Of a DNA stretch of 64,000 nucleotides, positions 52,113 through 64,000 are shown one piece after another (position 1 is the stretch's first letter; every line of letters starts with the position of its first letter). The DNA comes from an uncultured Candidatus Rokubacteria bacterium. Its GTDB lineage: Bacteria; Methylomirabilota; Methylomirabilia; Rokubacteriales; CSP1-6. The notes under the pieces were generated by a model. The model was not told where the DNA came from, did not search any database, and was given only the letters and a program-made list of their open reading frames with translations. Made by a program: the position numbers and the translations under genes. The stretch spans positions 256,001 through 320,000 of the forward strand of contig CAVYTA010000006.1 of the NCBI GenBank assembly GCA_963771355.1, given 5' to 3'.

Positions 52113-53207
52113 ATGACCGGACGACGCAGGTTTATCGCGAAGGCGAGCGGGGTGATGGCGGCCGTCGCCGCTGGCGCCATCGTCGACGCTCCCAACGTCA
52201 TCGCGCAGCCGAAGGTCCAGTGGCGAATGACCACTTCCTGGCCCCCCCGGCTCGACGTGCTGCTGGGCGGGGCCCAGCGGTTCGCGAAGGTCGTCGAGGA
52301 GACGAGCGGCGGGCGGTTCCGGATCGAGGTCTTCCCGGAGGGGCAGATCATGGGGCCGCTCGACTGCTTCGACGCCGTCTCCCAAGGCAAGATCGAGGCG
52401 TTCCATTCAGGGCCGATCTTCTGGGACGCTAGGGAGCCGGCGGTCCAGTGGTTCGCGACCGTCCCGTTCGGCATGAATAGCGAGGGCATGCAGGCCTGGT
52501 ACTACCAGGGCGACGGGCTCAAGCTCTGGGAGGAGACCTATGCGGCCTTCAATCTCGTGCCGCGCCAAGGCCACATGAACGGCCCCGAGATGGGGGGATG
52601 GTTCAGGAAGAAAGTCACCACGATCGCTGACTACAAGGGGCTCAAGATGCGCATCCCGGGCCTCGGCGGCAAGGTTGTCGCCAGAGCGGGCGCGACGGTC
52701 GTCACGTTGCCGGCGGGCGAGATCTACGCCGCCCTCGAGCGGGGGGTGATCGACACCTCCGAGTTCCTCGCACCCCACGACGACATGCAGCTCGGTCTCC
52801 ACAAGACCGCGCGGTACTACTACTACCCCGGCTGGCACCAGCCCGGTACCGCGACCGAGTTCGTCTTCAACAGGAAGGCATACGAGGCGCTCCCGGTCGA
52901 TTTGCGGCGGACGCTCGACCATGCCGCCGCCGCCACCCAGGTCTATGGTCGCTCGGACTTCCACGCGAAGAACGCGATCGCGCTCGAGCGACTCAGGACA
53001 GAGTTCAAGGGCAAGGTCGAGATTCTCCAGTTCCCGGCCCCGATGCTGCGCGATCTCAAGAAGTTGGCGGACCAGGTCGTGAGGGAAGAATCCGAGAAAA
53101 GTCCCATGGCCCGGAAGGTGCACGCGTCGTTCACGAAGTTCCAGGCGCTGGTGGGCCCCTGGGATCAGGTCGCCGAAGGCGCGTACCATCAGCTCGTGTC
53201 GGGGTAA
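52113..53207 (+). CDS. TRAP substrate-binding protein, TakP/DctP type, copy 3
   Basis: Same fold with variant motifs EMGGWF, EFLAPHDD and WHQPG. Confidence 0.9.
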   Translation: MTGRRRFIAKASGVMAAVAAGAIVDAPNVIAQPKVQWRMTTSWPPRLDVLLGGAQRFAKVVEETSGGRFRIEVFPEGQIMGPLDCFDAVSQGKIEAFHSGPIFWDAREPAVQWFATVPFGMNSEGMQAWYYQGDGLKLWEETYAAFNLVPRQGHMNGPEMGGWFRKKVTTIADYKGLKMRIPGLGGKVVARAGATVVTLPAGEIYAALERGVIDTSEFLAPHDDMQLGLHKTARYYYYPGWHQPGTATEFVFNRKAYEALPVDLRRTLDHAAAATQVYGRSDFHAKNAIALERLRTEFKGKVEILQFPAPMLRDLKKLADQVVREESEKSPMARKVHASFTKFQALVGPWDQVAEGAYHQLVSG

Positions 53208-53209
53208 CG

Positions 53210-54195
53210 ATGCGACGGATGAATGACGGAGCGCTTCGCGGCGTCTGGGTCGCCGTGGCGATTCTTCTGTGGCTGCCTGCCCACGCGGCAGAGGCGCAGG
53301 AGGCTCCTCGCCCGTTCCGGATCGGTGTCCTGAATGCGGCGTGGGCGGCGAGCCATCCGACCGTTGAAGGGCTCAAGGCCGGACTCAAAGAGCTCGGCGT
53401 CGAAGACGGGCGCGACGTGACCTTCGACATCCGCTTCACGGAAGGGAAGCTGGACACGATGCCCGCGACCGCCGGGGCCCTCGTCAAGGCCGGCGTCGAC
53501 CTGATCTTCACGAGTCAGGAAGCCGCCACGCAGGCCGCGAAGGACGCGACAAAGAGCGTGCCGATCGTGTTCACCCTGGTGGGGGATCCGGTGGGCGCCG
53601 GTCTCGTCGGCACGCTCGCCCGGCCCGGAGGCAACGTGACGGGTGTCTCGAGTCTCCAGACCGAGCTCGTCGCGAAGCGCCTGGAAGTCCTCAAGACGCT
53701 CGCTCCGGTCGTCCGTCGGGTCTGGCTCATCTATTACAGCGGCGATTTGGGCACGACGCCCATGATTCGCAAGGCGCTCGACGCGGCGCAGCGCATGAAG
53801 CTGGAGGTGGTGCCGAAAGGCGTGCTCGACGCGGGCGAGCTGAGGCAGGTGCTCCGCGAAGTCCGGCGCGACGACGCGGTGCTCATACCGGAAGGATCAA
53901 GCCCCGATCTCGCCATCGCGATCATCGAGCAGTCGGTCGCGTTGCGAATCCCCGCCGTCTTCGGGACGGCGCTCTGGGTCGGCTATGGCGGCCTCATGTC
54001 GTACGGCCCGGACTACTTCGCCCAGGGAATGCAGGCCGCCGCGCTGGTCGCCAAGATCCGGCGAGGGGCCCGGCCTCAGGACCTGCCTGTCGAAGGCGCC
54101 GAGAAGATCGACCTCGCGGTGAACCTCAAGACCGCGGACGTCCTCGGCCTCGCCGTGCCGCGAAAGATCCTGCTCCGGGCCGACACCTTCCGGCG

Positions 54196-54199
<4 letters not shown>
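53210..54199 (+). CDS. ABC transporter substrate-binding protein (ABC_sub_bind type)
   Basis: FRIGVL, DPVGAGLV..LARPGGNVTG, LMSYGP and VNLKTA. Confidence 0.88.
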
Positions 54200-58250
<4,051 letters not shown>

Positions 58251-58254
<4 letters not shown>

Positions 58255-58622
58255 GCGTGAGCAAGCGCGTCCTGGTCGTCGAGGATCATGAGGAGAACCG
58301 GCGCATCCTGCGCTATCTCCTGGAGAGCGCCGGCATCGAGATGACCGAGGCCGTCACCGGCGAGGAAGGGGTGGCCGCGGCGGAGAAAGAGCGCCCGGAC
58401 CTGATCCTCATGGACATCCAGCTCCCGGGCCTCGACGGCTACGAGGTGACCCGGCGGATCAAGGCCAATCCCGCGCTCCGGCATATCCCGATCATCGTGG
58501 TCACCTCCTATGCGCTGAGCGGCGACGATGTGAAGGCGTTCGCCGCCGGCTGCGATGCCTATGTCACCAAGCCCTTCGTCCCGCGCGAGCTCCTGGCCAA
58601 GGTCCGGGAGTTTCTGGCCTAG
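58251..58622 (+). CDS. Single-domain response regulator (DivK-like)
   Basis: VLVVED, LILMDIQLP and YVTKP. Confidence 0.9.
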
Positions 58623-58640
58623 CGACGGGGAGGACCCAGG

Positions 58641-59762
58641 GTGCGAACTCCGCCGCGGATCCTGATCGTGGACGACACGCCGGCCAACGTGCACATCCTC
58701 GAGACGCGCCTGGCCGCCAACGGGTACGACATCGTCACCGCGACCGACGGCGAGGCGGCGCTCGCGGCGGTGCGGGAGACCCAGCCGGACCTGATCCTGC
58801 TGGACGTCATGATGCCGAAGCTGGACGGATTCGAGGTCTGCCGGCGCCTCCGGGCGGACCCGTCGCTGCCCTTCATCCCGATCATCATGGTCACGGCCAA
58901 GGCGGACCCCAAGGATGTCGTCGCCGGCCTCGAGGCCGGGGGCGACGAGTACCTGACCAAGCCGGTGGACCAGCCCGCGCTGGTCGCCCGGGTGAAGTCC
59001 ATGCTCCGGATCAAGAACCTCCACGACACCGTGGAGGCGCTGGCGGCCGAGCGCGCCGAGTGGAACAAGACCCTCGAGCGGCGCGTCGAGGAGCAGGCCG
59101 GACAGCTCGAGCAGCTCGGGCGCCTCAAGCGCTTCTTCTCGCCGCAGCTCGCCGAGCTCATCGTGGCGGGCGGCACGGACGATCCGCTCAAGACCCACCG
59201 GCGAGAGGTGACGGTCGTGTTCCTCGACCTCCGCGGCTTCACCGCCTTCGCGGAGACCGCCGAGCCCGAGGAGCTGATGCGCGTGCTCCACGAGTACCAC
59301 GCGGAGATGGGCAAGCTGGTCCTGGACCACGAGGGCACCCTCGAGCGCTTCACCGGCGACGGCATGATGATCTTCTTCAACGATCCGGTGGTGGTGCCGG
59401 ATCCGGCCGAGCGCGCGGTCCGGATGGCGGTGGCGATGCGCGAGCGCGTCCAGCACCTGGTCATGGTCTGGCAGAAGCGCGGCTACGAGCTAGGCCTCGG
59501 GGTGGGGATCGCGCAGGGCTACGCCACCATCGGCGCCATCGGCTTCGAGGGACGCTGGGACTACGGGGCCATCGGCACGGTCACGAACCTGGCCGCGCGG
59601 CTCTGCGGGGAGGCCAAGGGCGGCCAGATCCTGGTCCACCAGCGCGTGGCCACGGCCATCGAGGACCTGGCCGATCTCGAGGAGATCGGCCCCCTCACCT
59701 TCAAAGGAATGGTCCGCCCGGTGTCCGCCTTCAACATCGCGCGGCTCAAGGGGACCGCCTGA
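58641..59762 (+). CDS. Response regulator with class III adenylate/guanylate cyclase domain
   Basis: REC domain plus FLDLRGFT, RFTGDG and TVTNLAARL. Confidence 0.9.
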   Translation: MRTPPRILIVDDTPANVHILETRLAANGYDIVTATDGEAALAAVRETQPDLILLDVMMPKLDGFEVCRRLRADPSLPFIPIIMVTAKADPKDVVAGLEAGGDEYLTKPVDQPALVARVKSMLRIKNLHDTVEALAAERAEWNKTLERRVEEQAGQLEQLGRLKRFFSPQLAELIVAGGTDDPLKTHRREVTVVFLDLRGFTAFAETAEPEELMRVLHEYHAEMGKLVLDHEGTLERFTGDGMMIFFNDPVVVPDPAERAVRMAVAMRERVQHLVMVWQKRGYELGLGVGIAQGYATIGAIGFEGRWDYGAIGTVTNLAARLCGEAKGGQILVHQRVATAIEDLADLEEIGPLTFKGMVRPVSAFNIARLKGTA

Positions 59763-59774
59763 GGCGCTACCTCC

Positions 59775-60620
59775 TCAGCCCTTGACGGCGCCCGCGGTGA
59801 GGCCGGCGACGTAGTACTTCACGAAGAACGAGTAGATGAGGGCGACGGGGATGGAGCCCAGCAACGCCCCCGCCATGAGCTGGCCCCAGTAGAAGGCGTC
59901 GCCGCGGATCAGCTCGCCCACCACGCCGATCGGCACGGTGCGCACGCTCGACTTGCTGAGAAAGAGCAAGGCGTAGAGGAACTCGTTCTGGGACAGCGTG
60001 AAGGCGAAGATGCCGGCGGACAGGAAGCCGGGCAGGCAGAGGGGAAGAATGATCCTCGTCATGGCGCGCCAGCGGCTGGCGCCGTCGATCATGGCCTGCT
60101 CTTCCAGCTCCTTCGGCACCGTCTTGAAGTATCCCATCAGCAGCCAGGCGATGAAGGGCACGAGCAACGTCGGATAGGTCAGCATCACCGCGCTGAGCGT
60201 ATTGCCCAGCTTCATCCGGCCGATGAGATCGGCCATCGGAACGAACAGCAGCGTCTGGGGAATCAGGTACGTCACCGCCACCGCGATGGCCAGCAGGGGA
60301 GCGCCCCGGAAGCGCATGCGCGCCAGCGGGTAGGCCAGCATGCTCCCGAGCAGGAGCGAGATGAACGTCGCGACCCCCGCCACCAGCATGGTGTTGGCCA
60401 CCCAGGTCAGAAAGTTGGTCTCCTTCAGCAGGTCGATGTAGTGGACCAGCGACGGGTTCTGGATGGCCAGCGGATTGGCCTTCGGGTTGTACAGCTCGGC
60501 ATTGGTCTTGAGCGACGTGGCCGCCATCCACGTGAAGGGAAACAGGGCGATCACGACGAACGCCAGCAACGGCAGCCAGAGACCGAAGAGGCGCTTGCGC
60601 CAGGTCAGCTCGCCGACCAT
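59775..60620 (-). CDS. Carbohydrate ABC transporter permease (MalG-like)
   Basis: ELEEQAMIDGAS EAA loop and GLTAGAVKG. Confidence 0.9.
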   Translation of the reverse strand: MVGELTWRKRLFGLWLPLLAFVVIALFPFTWMAATSLKTNAELYNPKANPLAIQNPSLVHYIDLLKETNFLTWVANTMLVAGVATFISLLLGSMLAYPLARMRFRGAPLLAIAVAVTYLIPQTLLFVPMADLIGRMKLGNTLSAVMLTYPTLLVPFIAWLLMGYFKTVPKELEEQAMIDGASRWRAMTRIILPLCLPGFLSAGIFAFTLSQNEFLYALLFLSKSSVRTVPIGVVGELIRGDAFYWGQLMAGALLGSIPVALIYSFFVKYYVAGLTAGAVKG

Positions 60621-60623
60621 TGA

Positions 60624-61562
60624 TCAGTCCTTGCGCACGTAGAAGGTGAGAAGCACCAGCAGGAGGCCCAGCACCGGCACCATGCTGAGCGCCACCGCGG
60701 AGCCGAGCCCCATCTGGCCCGCGCCCATGCTCAGGCTGTAGGCGTAGGTGGCCATGAGGTGCGTGGAATTGGCGGGGCCGCCGCCGGTGAGCACGTAGAC
60801 GAGCTGGAAGTCGAAGAAGGTGATGACGATCGAGAACGTGGTCACGATGAAGATCACGGGCAGGAGCGAGGGCAGGGTGACGTAACGGAAGCGGCCCCAG
60901 GTGCCCGCGCCGTCGATGGTCGCCGACTCGTGCAGGTCGACGGGAATGGTCTGCAGGCCCGCGAGGATCGAGATGCCGAAGAACGGCAGGCCGCGCCACG
61001 TGTTGACCATGATGATCGAGATCATGGCCATGGTCGGCGTGCCGAGCCAGGAGGGCCCCGTCGTCGCGAGCCCGCTGACCACCAACAGGCGGTTGAACAG
61101 GCCCATGCCGGGGTCGAGGATCCATTGCCACGCCACCGTGCTGAGCACCGTGGGCACGATGAACGGGAGCAGGAGCATGGCCCGGGTGACGGCCTTCATC
61201 CGGAAGCTCTGGTTCATCACGAGCGCCATGGCGAGCCCGCCGGAGGCCTTCAACACGGTCGCCACCGCCGTGAACAGGATGGTGTTCCGGACCGCCTGCC
61301 AGAAGATCGGGTCATTCGAGAGGGTGACGAAGTTGCCCAGGCCCACGAAGGAGGCGGGGCGGGCGACTTCTCGGTGAAAGAAGCTGAGATAGACGCCGTA
61401 CAAGAACGGATAACCCAGAAACAGTAGGAGGAACAGTACCGGCGGCGTGACCATGAGCCAGGAAAAGACGGACTCCCGCTCCAGGAACGCGCGGAGCTGG
61501 AACGGCCGGCGGGCGGGCGCTGCCAGCGCGCCCGCCCGCGAGGCCTCGAGAAGCTTGCTCAA
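60624..61562 (-). CDS. Carbohydrate ABC transporter permease (MalF-like)
   Basis: FVGLGNF, LHESATIDGA and LTGGGP. Confidence 0.9.
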   Translation of the reverse strand: MSKLLEASRAGALAAPARRPFQLRAFLERESVFSWLMVTPPVLFLLLFLGYPFLYGVYLSFFHREVARPASFVGLGNFVTLSNDPIFWQAVRNTILFTAVATVLKASGGLAMALVMNQSFRMKAVTRAMLLLPFIVPTVLSTVAWQWILDPGMGLFNRLLVVSGLATTGPSWLGTPTMAMISIIMVNTWRGLPFFGISILAGLQTIPVDLHESATIDGAGTWGRFRYVTLPSLLPVIFIVTTFSIVITFFDFQLVYVLTGGGPANSTHLMATYAYSLSMGAGQMGLGSAVALSMVPVLGLLLVLLTFYVRKD

Positions 61563-61565
61563 CGC

Positions 61566-62876
61566 CTACCCGTAGATTGCCTTGATCTGCGACACGGCTT
61601 CGGCGATGGCGTTCTTGGTCGGCGTGCCCGTGATGGCCTTGGTGAACATGTCGATCACGATCCAGCGGTTGACCACTTCGCCGTGCTGGCGGTTGGCGGG
61701 CGCCGGCCACGACGTGAGCTTGCCCGTCTCGAGCACCTTCTGGAACGGCTTCACCCGCGGCTCGATGTCCCACTCGGGCACCTTGTCGAAGGCGTGGAGA
61801 TACGGCGCGAAATACATGTCGCCCGAGGCGATCCAGGGGCGGTACTGCTTCGGATCCATTATCCAGCGGAGGAAATCCTTGGCCGCCTTCACGTCCTTGC
61901 TGTGGGCGAAGATGCCGTGCGTCACGGGCACGAGCGCATGGTAGCGCTGGCCGGTGGGGCCCTTGGGATTCAGCCCGTGCTCGATCACCTTGCCCATCTC
62001 GGGCAGGTCGCGCTTGGCCGAGACCATGATGCTGTAGGCGTTGTTGGTGCACGAGATCTGGCTGGTCAGGAAAGCCTTGTTGTTGGCCGGATCCAGCCAC
62101 CCGATGCAGTCCTCGATGCAGGCTTTCTTGTAGAGCTCCTTCACGTATTCCACCGCCTTCGCGGTCTCGCTGGAGTCCAGGGCCACCTTCTTGCCGTCCT
62201 TGTCCATGACCGTCACGCCGTAGGACCACAGGAGCGGGTAGAGCCAGGAGTAGTTGTCGGCGAAGCCGTGTCCCATGGACATGCCGAACGGATGGCCCTT
62301 GGCCTTGAGCTTGATGCCGGCCTCCAGGAACTCGTCCCAGGTGTCCGGGAAGCTCTTGACCCCGGCCTCGTCGAACCAGTCCTTGCGGTAGTTCATCAGC
62401 TGGCCGATGTTCCCCTTGGGCACGGACTTCCACTTGCCCTTGTCGACGGAGAGGCGCTTGATCTCGTCGTACCAGCCGCCCTGCTGCTTGCCGACCTCCT
62501 CGGCAATGTCGGACACGTCCACCAGGGCATCGCGATAGAGCCACTCCTGCTGCACCCAGGCCAGGTCGGCGCCCGACTTGTTCTCGACCATGGAGACCAG
62601 CTGGGGCACCGCGCTGCCGCCCGCGGCCTGGATCTGGTACTCGATCTTGATGCCGGTGGCCTTTTCATAGGCCGGCATCATCACGTTCTGGAAGTGCACG
62701 TCGAAGTTCTTCACGTAGGAGCTTTCACGCGCGAACGTGATGGTTTTCGGCTGGGCCTGGGCATTGCGGGAGATGAAGGGCCCCGCGGCAGCCCCGGCGG
62801 CCCCGGCGGCGGCGAGCTTCAGGAAGCTACGGCGGGTGGCCTTGGACTGTGTGGGCTTTTGTGTGGGCTTTGCCAT
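61566..62876 (-). CDS. Carbohydrate ABC transporter substrate-binding protein, Tat-exported
   Basis: TRRSFLK Tat motif, YRKDWF and PDTWDEF. Confidence 0.88.
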   Translation of the reverse strand: MAKPTQKPTQSKATRRSFLKLAAAGAAGAAAGPFISRNAQAQPKTITFARESSYVKNFDVHFQNVMMPAYEKATGIKIEYQIQAAGGSAVPQLVSMVENKSGADLAWVQQEWLYRDALVDVSDIAEEVGKQQGGWYDEIKRLSVDKGKWKSVPKGNIGQLMNYRKDWFDEAGVKSFPDTWDEFLEAGIKLKAKGHPFGMSMGHGFADNYSWLYPLLWSYGVTVMDKDGKKVALDSSETAKAVEYVKELYKKACIEDCIGWLDPANNKAFLTSQISCTNNAYSIMVSAKRDLPEMGKVIEHGLNPKGPTGQRYHALVPVTHGIFAHSKDVKAAKDFLRWIMDPKQYRPWIASGDMYFAPYLHAFDKVPEWDIEPRVKPFQKVLETGKLTSWPAPANRQHGEVVNRWIVIDMFTKAITGTPTKNAIAEAVSQIKAIYG

Positions 62877-62981
62877 GCATTTCCCCTTATATGTGACGTG
62901 GATGGCCGTTAGGGCCCTGCGGCGTGATCCTGCCCCCTGGAGGGGGGTATCGTCAAGGGCCCCACTCGCTCAGCCAGCCGG

Positions 62982-64000
62982 TTATCGCCTCCACACCACG
63001 CGGCCATCGCGGATGACGACCTCGACCTGGCGGATGGCCGCAATCGACGCGATGGGGTCCGCGCCGAGCACGACGAGATCGGCCCTCTTACCGACCTCCA
63101 GCGTGCCGAGCGTCTGAGACTGGCCGAGAAACGCCGCCGCGGTCCGCGTCGCGGCGGCGAGCGCCTCGCGCGGCGACAGCCCGGCCTCCACCAGCAGCTC
63201 CAGCTCGCGGTGGAGCGAGGCGCCGGGGACCACGTACGGGTTCGACGTGTCGCTGCCCGCCACCACCTGCCCTCCCGCGCGCTGCAGTCGTGCCACGAAG
63301 GGTTTGAGACATTCGAGCCGCCGCGCGGCGCTCGCCTTCCGGTCGGGGGAGGCGGCGGCCGCCGTCCTACGCCAGTACAGCCGCCGCGCGTCCGGGATCT
63401 CGGTCAGCAGCGCCATCGTCTCTTGCTCGGGCGACCCGAGGCGCGACATCTGCTCGGTGATCGCCAGGGTCGGCACCACGTACGCGCCGCGCTCGACCAC
63501 GCGGCGCACGACCTGCGCGGCGACGGTCTCGTCGCATGCCTCGAAGCCGAAGGCGTGCTCGAGGCCGCGCACGCCGAGGTCCAGGGCCTGCAGCGCGGTG
63601 GTGTCGCGGAGGTGGGCCGTCACCGGCACGCGCGTGCCCTCGGCCTCGCGCACGACCGCCTCGACCAGTGCCGGCGTGAGCTGCTCGTAGATCTTCAGGC
63701 AGTCCACGCCGCGATCGAGCAGCCGCCGCGCCATGGTCGCGCGCCTCGGCCACCGTCTGCACGGACACGCTGAGTCCCGTGCCGTGCCGGGGCCACGGGC
63801 CGTCGATCAGCGGCCCGCACGCGAAGATCCGAGGGCCCACGAAGCCCGCGGCCCGGCTGTCCTCGCGGAGCGCGAGGATGGAATCCAGCCCGCCGCCCAC
63901 GTCGCGTACCGTGGTGACCCCGTGGCGGAGGAACAGCGCGTCCATCCAGCCCGGGTGATAGTGCACGTGCATGTCGATCAGGCCGGGCACGATCCACTTG
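62982..64000 (-). CDS. Amidohydrolase family protein (5' part outside window); frameshift near 63738
   Basis: PGLIDMHVH in one frame; LKIY, TAH, LEH, AGSD and GKRADLVVL in another. Confidence 0.8.

Overview
High-GC bacterial window. The gene repertoire resembles Ca. Rokubacteria/Methylomirabilota (inference): many Tat-exported solute-binding proteins, multi-GAF kinases, Uma2 and DUF222-HNH. It carries about 55 mostly catabolic, transport and redox genes, including leuCD, putA, a P450 and a 1-Cys peroxiredoxin. No rRNA, tRNA or CRISPR array was seen. The strongest signal is a selenium signature that the ORF track misses. Two genes have an in-frame UGA at the catalytic Cys position, each followed by a similarly placed SECIS-like hairpin: an AhpD/CMD-like protein (CxxU, 18217-18735) and a DsbA/FrnE-like protein (UxxC, 26237-26860). 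A yqeC selenium-cofactor gene lies in the same co-oriented gene run as the second. Other notable items are three diverged tandem TakP-type TRAP binding proteins with no membrane subunits, linked to a dCache/4xGAF kinase, a receiver protein and a receiver-cyclase behind a structured leader; a secreted SH3 + 7x Ig-like repeat protein split at a G7 tract; a DUF222-HNH/Uma2 pair; and seven apparent small frameshifts, probably assembly errors. All family calls come from motif recognition by eye, not from database searches.
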